From positions 128,001-192,000 of the forward strand of contig JBILLK010000020.1 in NCBI GenBank assembly GCA_044376115.1: 64,000 bases of DNA, given 5' to 3'. Below the pieces are notes generated by a model. The model was not told where the DNA came from, made no database searches, and saw nothing but the letters and a program-made list of their open reading frames with translations. Shown in pieces: positions 1 through 9,045 of this stretch (position 1 is its first letter; each line of letters opens with the position of its first letter). The DNA comes from Polyangiaceae bacterium (GTDB lineage: Bacteria; Myxococcota_A; Polyangia; Polyangiales; Polyangiaceae). The position numbers and the translations under genes are program-made.

Positions 1-783
1 CTAAAGGCGCTGTTCGCGTTGGCAGGCGTCGGCGATGTGCGCGGAGTCGAAGACGCGCTCGTGGCGGTGCGAAGAAAGGAACCGAAGAACGCTGCCTGGT
101 ACGGCGTTGGTGCGGCCTTGCTTCACCTCGCAGGGGACGATCAGAAAGCGCACGCCTGGCTTCGAACGCTGCGCGAACGCGAGCCATCGCCCGAGACGCA
201 GGAGCTGGTTGGCTTCTTGGACGAGCTTCCTCGCGGGCCGCATCGTGAGCTTTATCTGCGCGCGTACCCCAAGCTCTTTACAGCGGAGCTCGAAGCAGCG
301 GCAGCCGAGGCGCAACTACCCCTCCACCTGCTGATGGCCCTCGCGCGAGAAGAATCAGCGTTTCTCCCGAGAGCCCTCTCGCTCTCCGATGCGCGCGGTC
401 TCTTGCAAGTGATTCCGCCCACGGGCTCGCGCATGGCTCGCTCGCTCGGCATCCGCTTCACCAAAGACACCCTTTTTGATCCGGCCTCCAACACGCGGAT
501 CGGCGCGCACTACCTCAGGGGGTTGCTCAAGCGCTTCGACGGCATGGCCCCGCTCGCGATCGCTGGCTACAACGCCGGGCCTGGGGCGCCGGAGAAATGG
601 CTCGAAGAACGGCCTGGGACAGACCTTGATTTGTTCGTCGAGCGAATCCCGTACTTGGAGACGCGCAACTACGTGAAGCGCGTTTGGTCGAGCTACTTCG
701 CCTACCAAGTTCTCTACTCGGGCGATCTAACGCCGCTGTTTGGCACCGCGACGCAGCTGCACCCTGCGAGCGGCAGCCCGTGA
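1..783 (+). CDS. Soluble lytic transglycosylase (SLT domain), 5'-truncated by window edge
   Basis: Motifs AREES, ARGLLQVIP, AGYNAGPG and ETRNYVKRV; frame open from base 1. Confidence 0.9.
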   Translation, partial: LKALFALAGVGDVRGVEDALVAVRRKEPKNAAWYGVGAALLHLAGDDQKAHAWLRTLREREPSPETQELVGFLDELPRGPHRELYLRAYPKLFTAELEAAAAEAQLPLHLLMALAREESAFLPRALSLSDARGLLQVIPPTGSRMARSLGIRFTKDTLFDPASNTRIGAHYLRGLLKRFDGMAPLAIAGYNAGPGAPEKWLEERPGTDLDLFVERIPYLETRNYVKRVWSSYFAYQVLYSGDLTPLFGTATQLHPASGSP

Positions 784-1490
784 GCAAGCTCGCGACGCTT
801 CAACGCGCGATCGTTCGCTGCAAAAAGTGCCCGAGGCTCGTGGCCTGGACGCGCGACGGGGGCTGCGACAAGCCTCGACGATTTCAGGATGCTGAGTATT
901 GGTCCAAGCCTGTACCTGGGTTCGGGCCCGAGGATGCGGAGCTGCTGGTCGTCGGGCTCGCGCCAGGCGCTCACGGCGCGAACCGCACGGGGCGTGTATT
1001 CACCGGGGATCGCTCCGGCGATTTCTTGTACGCGGCGCTCCATCGGGCTGGGCTCGCCAATCAGCCAACGGCCGTGAGTCGCAACGACGGGCTCGAACTG
1101 AAGGGCGTTTATGTCACCTGCGCCGTGCGCTGTGCGCCGCCGGACAACAAGCCGACCCCAGGCGAACAAAGCGCGTGCCTTCCCTTTCTAGAGCGTGAGT
1201 TCGAAGCCTTGCGGCAGGTGCGCGCCGTCTTGGCCTTGGGCGCAATCGCCTGGAACGCCGTGTTATCGGCCGCGCGCGAGCTCGGCACGCCTCTCCCGCG
1301 GCCGCTGCCCAAGTTCGCCCATGGCGAAAGCGCGGACCTTGGCGCCTTCACGATCTTCGGCTCGTATCACGTCAGTCAACAGAACACGTTCACCGGTCGG
1401 CTCACCGAGGCCATGTTCGATCACGTGCTTACGCAGGCCTGGGCGAGCGCTCGCGCAAAAAGCTCTCCAAGCGGTCGAGCGCTGCGCTGA
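780..1490 (+). CDS. udgB: Uracil-DNA glycosylase family 5 (UdgB-like, 4Fe-4S)
   Basis: CxxCPRL, GLAPGAHGANRTGRVFTGD, VRCAPPDNKP, YHVSQQNT; GTG start overlaps the SLT stop (GTGA). Confidence 0.9.
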   Translation: MSKLATLQRAIVRCKKCPRLVAWTRDGGCDKPRRFQDAEYWSKPVPGFGPEDAELLVVGLAPGAHGANRTGRVFTGDRSGDFLYAALHRAGLANQPTAVSRNDGLELKGVYVTCAVRCAPPDNKPTPGEQSACLPFLEREFEALRQVRAVLALGAIAWNAVLSAARELGTPLPRPLPKFAHGESADLGAFTIFGSYHVSQQNTFTGRLTEAMFDHVLTQAWASARAKSSPSGRALR

Positions 1491-2553
1491 GATTGCGCCG
1501 CCCAAAGCCGATACGGAAGCGATTGTCACGGTCGCCAAACAACGTACCGGGCATCAGCAGCACGCCCGTCTGCTCCACCAAATCGTTGCAGAAGCTGTCC
1601 ACGTCCCCACCGCGGTAACCAACGAAGGCGACCGTCCCTGCGCTTGGACGGTCCCATTGAAACGTCTCGCGGTGTTGCGCAAAGAAGCGATCGAGCTGGT
1701 CGAGGTTCGAGCGAATCAACGCAACGTTCTCCTCCGCGAGCCGCTGCCGATGACGAAGAGCAACCTCCGCGAGCAGCTCGCTCGGTGCAGAGCCGCAGAT
1801 GGTGGTGTAGTCCTTCAGCTCGGCAAGTCGCTGATAGAGCGCGCGATCCTTGGTGGCGATCCAACCGACGCGCAGACCAGCGAGCCCGTAGGTCTTGCTG
1901 ACGACACCCAGCGAAACGCCGTACGGGCTCAGATCGCAGGCGGCCGGGAGGCGCGTCGCTGGATCGTGCTCCGACTCGCGAAAGACCTCGTCGCAAAAGA
2001 AGTGGACGCGCCGCTCGGTAGCCATGCCGACCGCCGCCTCGAAGTCCGCGAGGGGCATCGAGTAGCCCGTCGGGTTGTGGGGCGTATTCACGACGATCGC
2101 CCGCGTGCGATCGCTGACCAGGCCTGCGAGCTGTCCTAGCTCCAAGCGGTAGGCTCGCGTTGGATCACCGAACCAAGGCCGTACCGTCGCGCCGAGACCG
2201 CGCGGCAGCTCGAGGTGGGATTCGTAACACGGAGCATGGACCACGACCTCGTCCCCGCTCGTCAGTAGCGCCGTGTAGAACCAGAAAATCGCCTCCTGGG
2301 CGCCGCAAAAGACCAGTACCTGCGCTGGATCGATCGAGCTGTAGAGTGAGGCAATCGTCGCCCGCAACGAAGGAGCCCCGCGCGAGTCCACATACCCGAG
2401 CCGCAATGCCATCAGCTGGTCGGGGAGCTCCGGCTCGAGCGCAGCCAATTCGCGCACTGAGCGCGTCTCACAATCGGACGCACACAAGACGTGTTCGACC
2501 GAAAATTCATAGCGAGCGAAGAAGCGCTCGAGGGCAAATGGCCTCAACTGCAC
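1429..2553 (-). CDS. PLP-dependent aminotransferase class I/II
   Basis: NTPHNPTG, DEVF and SKTYGLAGLRVGW (PLP lysine) motifs. Confidence 0.9.
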   Translation of the reverse strand: MQLRPFALERFFARYEFSVEHVLCASDCETRSVRELAALEPELPDQLMALRLGYVDSRGAPSLRATIASLYSSIDPAQVLVFCGAQEAIFWFYTALLTSGDEVVVHAPCYESHLELPRGLGATVRPWFGDPTRAYRLELGQLAGLVSDRTRAIVVNTPHNPTGYSMPLADFEAAVGMATERRVHFFCDEVFRESEHDPATRLPAACDLSPYGVSLGVVSKTYGLAGLRVGWIATKDRALYQRLAELKDYTTICGSAPSELLAEVALRHRQRLAEENVALIRSNLDQLDRFFAQHRETFQWDRPSAGTVAFVGYRGGDVDSFCNDLVEQTGVLLMPGTLFGDRDNRFRIGFGRRNLSAALDRLESFLRERSPRPA

Positions 2554-2620
2554 CGCCGGAACGTAGTCGACCGTTCGAGCACGGCGCTAGGGTCGCCAGA
2601 AATCCGAGTCCTGTATCCGC

Positions 2621-2661
2621 CTCCGGCGGAATGACTCACAGCTCCGGCGGAATGACTTACA
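2621..2661. repeat. 21-bp-period direct repeat in divergent intergenic region
   Basis: CTCCGGCGGAATGACTCACA (2621-2640) and CTCCGGCGGAATGACTTACA (2642-2661), one mismatch. Confidence 0.85.
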
Positions 2662-2697
2662 CAACGTAAACGAAGCCTGTACAGTCCCGGGCCTCGG

Positions 2698-3969
2698 ATG
2701 GAGACGGAGAGCGCCGCACAGAAGTTAGTCGGGGCCACCTTCAACGGTCGTTGGAGGCTTGGTCGGCTGATCGGTGAAGGCGGAATGGGCGCCGTCTATG
2801 AAGCCACCGGGACACGTGGTGAGGGCGTTCGGGCGATCAAAGTTCTGCACCCGGAGTTCCTCTCCGAGGAGCAGATCCTCAGCCGATTTTTCGCTGAGGC
2901 AAAAGCCGTTCAGTCGCTCAACCACCCCAACGTCGCGCAAATCTTCGACAGCGCGCGTGCGGAAGACGGCACGCCTTACCTGGTGATGGAGCTGCTCGTT
3001 GGCGCACCGCTTTCGAGCTTTTGTGGGCCCGGTCGGCCGATGCCACCACAAAAAGCCGCCGGCATCATGCTCGGGGTGCTGCAAGCGCTGACGCAAGCTC
3101 ACCAGCGGGGAATCGTTCATCGGGATCTGAAGCCAGACAACCTCTTCCTGGTCAATGACGGTCGCGGCAATCACATGGTGAAGGTGCTCGACTTCGGGAT
3201 CGCCAAGGTGATGGACGCAGCTGGCGGGATGGGCTCGAAGACAAAGACCGGCGTGTTGCTCGGGACGCCCGGCTATATGAGCCCCGAGCAGATCAAGAAC
3301 TCCAAGGGCGTCGATCCGCGGAGTGACCTTTGGTCGGTTGGCATCATCCTCTACGAGATGCTCACGGGCTCGGAGGCGTTTCCCGCCGATAACGAGTTCA
3401 CGCGGCTGACGCTCGTGCTGACCCAACCCATTCGACCGATCGGCGAGGTTTCCCGAGAGCTCGCCCCTTGGAGCGCTTTCTTCCAGCGCGCGCTGTCCAA
3501 GGAGCCAACAACCCGCTTCCAATCAGCCCAAGAGATGGGCCAAGCGCTAGCCGCAATGGCTTCCGGGGCTGGCAGCGCTCCCGGCCGCGACGGCGGCACG
3601 GTGGCCCTCAGTCTTCCCCAACCTCCGGTCCACCAGCAAGGGCCGGCAACGTTCGCGCCCCATGCCGCACAGCGGCCGACCCCAGCACCCGCTCCGGCGT
3701 CGATGCCCCCGCAGCAACAGCACTACGCACCGGCGCCAGCTCAGGTGGTGCAGGTTAACTACTCGCAATCCCAGCCTCCACCGGCGGCTGGGCCCAACAC
3801 CCACATGAGCGCTCGGCCAGGAGGCGTCGTGACCCTCGCCCAGGGCAGCCGGAGCCCCTCTGTGGACGTGCTTGCGCCCCCCCCAGTCGGCGTTCCCTGG
3901 TGGGTCGTGGGAGCCGTTGGAATGGCGGGCTTCGTTTTGGGGTTCATCATCGGCCACTTCGTGCAGTAG
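2698..3969 (+). CDS. Hanks-type Ser/Thr kinase with Pro/Gln linker and C-terminal TM helix
   Basis: IGEGGMGAVY, AIK, HRDLKPDN, DFG, GTPGYMSPE; hydrophobic C-terminus VPWWVVGAVG... Confidence 0.95.
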   Translation: METESAAQKLVGATFNGRWRLGRLIGEGGMGAVYEATGTRGEGVRAIKVLHPEFLSEEQILSRFFAEAKAVQSLNHPNVAQIFDSARAEDGTPYLVMELLVGAPLSSFCGPGRPMPPQKAAGIMLGVLQALTQAHQRGIVHRDLKPDNLFLVNDGRGNHMVKVLDFGIAKVMDAAGGMGSKTKTGVLLGTPGYMSPEQIKNSKGVDPRSDLWSVGIILYEMLTGSEAFPADNEFTRLTLVLTQPIRPIGEVSRELAPWSAFFQRALSKEPTTRFQSAQEMGQALAAMASGAGSAPGRDGGTVALSLPQPPVHQQGPATFAPHAAQRPTPAPAPASMPPQQQHYAPAPAQVVQVNYSQSQPPPAAGPNTHMSARPGGVVTLAQGSRSPSVDVLAPPPVGVPWWVVGAVGMAGFVLGFIIGHFVQ

Positions 3970-4017
3970 AAGGGTGACGGTTCCGCACGAGGCGGATGCA
4001 GCTTGAAAGGAAGAACT

Positions 4018-4554
4018 ATGAGCGAGCTCAATACGCGGTGCCTTGATGCGTTTCCCGAATGGCTGAAGACGCTTCCCGAGGACGCTGTCGCGCTCTCGCT
4101 GCTGCTGGACGACGAATCGCTTCCAGAGCCGGCGAGAAGGCGCGTAGCCGGCTCGCTAAACTATTTGTTCAAGTCCCTCGATCTGATTCCCGACGGAATC
4201 GAAGATCTTGGTTTCTTGGATGACGCCTTCGTGATTCGTGTCGCCGCTCGCGTCGCTGCCATTGATCTCGCTACTCCTCCGGCCATCATCACGACCTTGG
4301 CTGCTCAGGCCGCGCTGGTTGAAGAACTGTTGGGCAAAGACTTTGTTCGATTGGCCAAATACGTGGACGGGCTGGTGAATGGTGCAGCCCGCGGTAGAAC
4401 GCCGCAGGAACTCGTCTCCGACGCAGACGTCCGAACTTCGTTCCGCGCGGAACTCGGCGCCTGGTCACAGAGCTATCAAGCGCCCAGCTTCTCGCGCGAT
4501 GAGAAGAACCTGGTGAAGCTGACCTCGTTCCTATCGGCCAAGCTCCCCGGCTAA
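4018..4554 (+). CDS. YkvA/DUF1232 family protein
   Basis: YLFKSLDLIPDGIEDLGFLDD motif; purine-rich stretch before ATG 4018. Confidence 0.75.
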   Translation: MSELNTRCLDAFPEWLKTLPEDAVALSLLLDDESLPEPARRRVAGSLNYLFKSLDLIPDGIEDLGFLDDAFVIRVAARVAAIDLATPPAIITTLAAQAALVEELLGKDFVRLAKYVDGLVNGAARGRTPQELVSDADVRTSFRAELGAWSQSYQAPSFSRDEKNLVKLTSFLSAKLPG

Positions 4555-4617
4555 CGTAGCTCGCCAACACAAAAGCGGCGGGCTCGCTGGGCCAACAACA
4601 GCACGCCGCAAACGACA

Positions 4618-4655
4618 GAACGCCACAACCCCTGAGGGCTGTGGCGTTCGTCTTT
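4618..4655. terminator. Probable bidirectional intrinsic terminator
   Basis: GAACGCCACA (4618-4627) / TGTGGCGTTC (4640-4649) stem with inner CCC/GGG pairing, between convergent genes. Confidence 0.65.
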
Positions 4656-4669
4656 GCGCGATTGGGTGA

Positions 4670-6451
4670 CTAAGCGTCGTGACGCGGCTGCGCCTTCGAC
4701 TCGGGGGAGCTTTCGGGAGTTACGCCGGCGCTCATCAGCTGCGACACGAGATCACGACACTCGGGCCGATTGCGTAGATGCGAGAGCAGCATCGACGAAC
4801 AATCACTGAAGGCCTTCTCGAAGCTGAGCCCTTCACGTGTCTTGTTTGCGACCTTCTCGCGGCCTTGAGCGAGATCCTCCTCGAGCGCCTCCGCGTAGCG
4901 CACAAGCTGGGCTCGCAGATCCTCGATCTGCCGACGCAGATCTCGAGCGGTGCTCTCACGAGCCGCTTTCTTCGCTTCGTAGCGCTGAAGCTGCTCTCGC
5001 TTAGCCTTTGCGGTGGCATTGGCAGCCCCTGCACGCTCAAAGACGCCTGGATCGAAGCTGCCTGCTCGCACGGCGACGTCGGCCTGCTGCCGCGCTGCGA
5101 GTGCGCCCTTGTCTGCGACGATCAGCTCACCGCGCACCTTCTCGACGTCTTCTGAATCCACGGCTGCTTCACGCAGCACCCGGGACTCTTCATGGGCAAG
5201 CTCCTCGACTTTGCGACCAATCTCAGCTCGCAACGCTCGTCCGCGTCGCTCCAATGAATCAAGCTTGCGGGTATACGTGGACACCTCGCCCTCGAGCTGA
5301 TTTGCACGCGCCGCCAAATCCCAGATCTTGGCGAGTGAGGAAGCGATGTCCGGCGGAGCGGCGTTCGCCGGGTACGCACGTGAAACCATGCGGGCGAACA
5401 GCGCTGCGCGCGAGGCCCACTCAGTCACGCCTGCGGTGGCCGGCGGAGGCGGAGGCGGAGGCGCAACGGCCTCGTTGCCACCTGCGTCGATATCCCAAGC
5501 CTGCGTCGGCAAGCTCCGTTGCAGCGCCTTCAGTTCCTCTTGGAGATGATGGGCGTCCTGATAACGACGGCGCGTGTCCTTCTCGAGCAGACGAAGACAG
5601 ATGGCCTCGGCCTGCGGATGAGCGTCCGGTCGGATGCTGCGAGGACGCGGAGGCGCTCCCGAACGTTGCATCTCCAAGAGCTGCTCTCGGTCATTGGAGC
5701 GGAACGGCAGCTGGCCGGTCAACATCTCGAACAGCAACACGCCGAGCGCGTACAGGTCCGAGTAGTTGGTGGCGTCTTCTCCGCGTGCTTGCTCCGGCGA
5801 CATGTACTCGGGCGTCCCGAATACCGCGCCCTTTGGTGCAAGCCGAGGATCTCGAGCGATCGCCGCTAGACCAAAGTCGAGGATTTTGACGAAGTCCTTG
5901 CGACCCCCGCGTTGGGTCAAAAGAATGTTGTCACTCTTCAGATCGCGATGCACGACGCCGAGGTCGTGGGCGCGGGCAAGCGCCGCACACATCTGCTCGA
6001 GAATGTCGATGGCCCGCGCGATGGGCATCGGCCCGCGCGCCAATTCCTGCGAGAGCGGAGTGCCGATCAGGTACTCCATCACGAGGTAGAGTTCCCCCTC
6101 CTCGGTCTCACCAATGTCATGAATGTCGATGATGTGGGCGTGATCGACGCGGTTGGCCGCACGAGCTTCTCGCAACATCCACGCACGCAAGTGCGTCTCT
6201 CCACGCAAATCCGGTCGGATCAGCTTGAGAGCTACAACGCGGTCGATGAGAACGTGACGAGCGCGATAGACGACACCCATCCCGCCTTCACCAAGACGCG
6301 CCTCGAGACGATAACGACCTGCTACGACCTTACCGAGCATCGGATCGGCTGTCGATCCTCGACGCGCTGAGCTTGTGGCCACGCGTAAGCTCCTCTCGCT
6401 TCCAGAAGTGTTCGAACCTTCTGCGGAATGTACCAACGCGAAACCTGCCAC
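4670..6451 (-). CDS. Ser/Thr kinase with C-terminal coiled coil (start may be ATG 6340)
   Basis: LGEGGMGVVY, HRDLKSDN, DFG, GTPEYMSPE; poly-Pro linker then long E/K/R/A-rich helical region; no TM. Confidence 0.92.
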   Translation of the reverse strand: MAGFALVHSAEGSNTSGSERSLRVATSSARRGSTADPMLGKVVAGRYRLEARLGEGGMGVVYRARHVLIDRVVALKLIRPDLRGETHLRAWMLREARAANRVDHAHIIDIHDIGETEEGELYLVMEYLIGTPLSQELARGPMPIARAIDILEQMCAALARAHDLGVVHRDLKSDNILLTQRGGRKDFVKILDFGLAAIARDPRLAPKGAVFGTPEYMSPEQARGEDATNYSDLYALGVLLFEMLTGQLPFRSNDREQLLEMQRSGAPPRPRSIRPDAHPQAEAICLRLLEKDTRRRYQDAHHLQEELKALQRSLPTQAWDIDAGGNEAVAPPPPPPPATAGVTEWASRAALFARMVSRAYPANAAPPDIASSLAKIWDLAARANQLEGEVSTYTRKLDSLERRGRALRAEIGRKVEELAHEESRVLREAAVDSEDVEKVRGELIVADKGALAARQQADVAVRAGSFDPGVFERAGAANATAKAKREQLQRYEAKKAARESTARDLRRQIEDLRAQLVRYAEALEEDLAQGREKVANKTREGLSFEKAFSDCSSMLLSHLRNRPECRDLVSQLMSAGVTPESSPESKAQPRHDA

Positions 6452-6653
6452 GTCGACCTCGTTGTTTGGACGAACTGAGATAAGACCCGACCGAGGTCGA
6501 GTTCGTTGATTGACGGCATGCGCGCATGTCGCGCGTTTGCCTACCTATGCGCGGCTATCTCGCCCAAGCACGAGCCTTCAAGCCGTTGAGAGGAGAATCC
6601 AGCGTTGATGGCGGGTAGCTGTCGATTTGACTCGAGCTGCTCGCGACCAATCC

Positions 6654-8954
6654 TCAACCGGCAGGAGTCGTGCTCTTCGCACGAACCGCCCGTGGCTCGG
6701 GCTTCCAAGGTAGCCGCACCACAAAACTTGCTCCACCCATCGGGGAGCTTTCAACCGCCAACGAACCGCCGTGCTTTCTGACGAGGTCCGTTGAGATCGA
6801 AAGCCCCAGGCCTGTGCCTTGTCCTTTGGGCTTCGTTGTGAAGAACGGATCGAAGATCCGGTGCTTTAGCTCCTCTCCAACGCCGGGCCCTGAATCTTCC
6901 ACCCGGATCTCGGCGGCACCGCCATCGCTGCGCGTGATGATCTTGATCTCGCGCACTTCGCGTTCACCGTCGCCAACCGACTCGAGCGATTGGATCGCGT
7001 TCATGAGCAGATTCATCAACACTTGGTTCAACTCACCCGAGCGACAGGTGACGAGTGGTAACGGCTCATACACCTTGGTCACCTGAATGCAGCTCTGACG
7101 CAGCCTCGAGCTCAGCAGCGCGAGCGTCTCGTCGATCGCGGTCTCTAGATTGGAGGGCACCGCCTCCTGCGTACTGCGCGAGAAGTTTTTGAGGTTCTGG
7201 ACGATACGCACCGTGCGGTCGGTTGCGCGTCGCACCACGCTCGAGATCCCGACGAGGTCGTCCAAGGACGCCTCGAGGTCGAGCTCACCGCGCAGAGATT
7301 CAACCTCTTTGCGCCGCTCGGGAGGTAGGAAGCGCTCCATCGTTCGATAGGCGTCCAGCACCCGCCGAACGTCGGCAACGACTTGCTCGAGTGGCTCGGC
7401 CGATCCCGCAACGGCGTTCAACGGGTTGCCGATCTCGTGGGCCAAACCAGCCACCAGCTCGCCAATCGACGCGAGCCGCTCACCTTGCACGAGCGCGGCC
7501 TGGGTCTCGCGCAAATCGACCAGGGCCTTCGAGAGCTCCCTGGTGCGATCAGCGACCTTCACCTCCAGATTCGCTCGCTCGCTCTCGAGCTCGCCGATCG
7601 TACGAGCCAGGTTCTCGCGCATTCGTTCGACGCTCACCGAAAGGCGCGCCAACTCGAGCGGTTCACGTACGGCTGGAACCACGGCCTGCAGTTCGCCCGA
7701 CGCGATCACCTCTGCGGCCTCCGCCACTCGCACGATCGGACTCGAAAGCTCCGTCGCTACGCGCGCGATGACTCCGCCTACGGCGAGCACGAGCATGGCG
7801 AAGGCTGCCACGAGCGCAACGAACGCGGCCCCCTCCTCGCTCGCCCCGAGGCTCAGTCCACCACCAAGCGCTCGATACAGCGAGATGGAGGAAAACAGCA
7901 TCAATAGCGCCGCAAACACGAGCGGCCAGCCGAAGGCTCGCAACATGCGGTCGCGGATCAAGTCCCCGGCCGCCTCGTTAGCCGACTCGCCCACCCGGGA
8001 TTTGGCAGGTTGCTCGTGCAACCACTCGAGCAGGGTCAGTTCAACGTGACTCGCCGTCTCTCGATCCCAGCCTTTTTGGTAGTGCGCGACGCCCCAACAG
8101 AAGAGCGCCGCGTACAAGAGCTGCATCACCGCATCGACTTCGCCGAAGGAAGACCCGGTGCGGAAATAGAAGACGCCGGCGGCCGTGCAAGCAAGCCAGA
8201 TGGCGAGGTTCAGCCGCGAGAGCCGGATGTGAAGCGTGCTCAACTTCGTATGCGCCTCGACCAAGCGGGCTCGCGGAGACTCCGGCCCTTGCGCCAAACA
8301 GGCCGAGATCTCGCGCGTCCAGGCGAGCATCGTCAGCGTGTAGACAATGGTTGCAGCGGCCGCGAGCGCCGGCAGGAATTGCCACCAGCCACGAAACAGA
8401 AGTTCGCTGCCGGCACGCAAAAACGCGACCGAGAACAGCAGCAGCAGGTGTCCACCGAGGATGCCCGCCATGGCGGCGCTCTCCCCGAGACGACCTCGCA
8501 TCCAGGCGGCAACCTCCGCGCCACCCTTGCTCGGCGTTGGAAGCGCTAGCAACTCGCGCCGATACACAGCCCGACGCATCGCTGCCGCCATCAGCCCGAA
8601 CATCATCGTGGGGATCCACAAACGAGGCTCGCCCAAGCTCTCGTGCGGAAGAAACGCGAGCGGCCAAGCGAGCAGACGAAGAGCGCTGCCAACCGCAATC
8701 GCGCGCTCTCCACCTCGCCTTACTCGCGCGGAGAGCCCGATCGAGGCGAGTAAGGTGAGCACGAACACGGCGCCGGGCCACGGCGAGCGCAACGCCTGCG
8801 GCATGATGGCGCTGGCGAACAGCAGCGCGGAGAACGTTTCCCAGGCACCGCACACCAGCTCGGCGCGATGAACGCCCCGAGAAAAATAGCGGCTGGCAAG
8901 CAGTTCATTCACCATGGATAGCAACGGCGACCAGCGAACGCGCTGGCTTGCCAA
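6654..8954 (-). CDS. Multi-TM sensor histidine kinase (HAMP-HisKA-HATPase); start uncertain
   Basis: H box LAHEIGNPL, N box NLLMNAIQ, DSGPG, FDPFFTTK, GTGLGL; HAMP LSSPIVRVAEAA. Confidence 0.9.
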   Translation of the reverse strand: MASQRVRWSPLLSMVNELLASRYFSRGVHRAELVCGAWETFSALLFASAIMPQALRSPWPGAVFVLTLLASIGLSARVRRGGERAIAVGSALRLLAWPLAFLPHESLGEPRLWIPTMMFGLMAAAMRRAVYRRELLALPTPSKGGAEVAAWMRGRLGESAAMAGILGGHLLLLFSVAFLRAGSELLFRGWWQFLPALAAAATIVYTLTMLAWTREISACLAQGPESPRARLVEAHTKLSTLHIRLSRLNLAIWLACTAAGVFYFRTGSSFGEVDAVMQLLYAALFCWGVAHYQKGWDRETASHVELTLLEWLHEQPAKSRVGESANEAAGDLIRDRMLRAFGWPLVFAALLMLFSSISLYRALGGGLSLGASEEGAAFVALVAAFAMLVLAVGGVIARVATELSSPIVRVAEAAEVIASGELQAVVPAVREPLELARLSVSVERMRENLARTIGELESERANLEVKVADRTRELSKALVDLRETQAALVQGERLASIGELVAGLAHEIGNPLNAVAGSAEPLEQVVADVRRVLDAYRTMERFLPPERRKEVESLRGELDLEASLDDLVGISSVVRRATDRTVRIVQNLKNFSRSTQEAVPSNLETAIDETLALLSSRLRQSCIQVTKVYEPLPLVTCRSGELNQVLMNLLMNAIQSLESVGDGEREVREIKIITRSDGGAAEIRVEDSGPGVGEELKHRIFDPFFTTKPKGQGTGLGLSISTDLVRKHGGSLAVESSPMGGASFVVRLPWKPEPRAVRAKSTTPAG

Positions 8955-9045
8955 GGAGGTTGGCAGATTCGCTCATGAGGAGGAAGTCGGCCGAATCATT
9001 CTTGCTGCATCCGCCTTCGGCGGAATGGATTAGACCGAAGAGCGC

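Noticed and set aside
1429..2553. Capreomycidine-synthase-like biosynthetic role for the aminotransferase
   Set aside because: No NRPS or related biosynthetic genes nearby; generic class I/II call kept
2621..2661. Possible CRISPR repeat
   Set aside because: Only two abutting copies, no spacer, no cas genes
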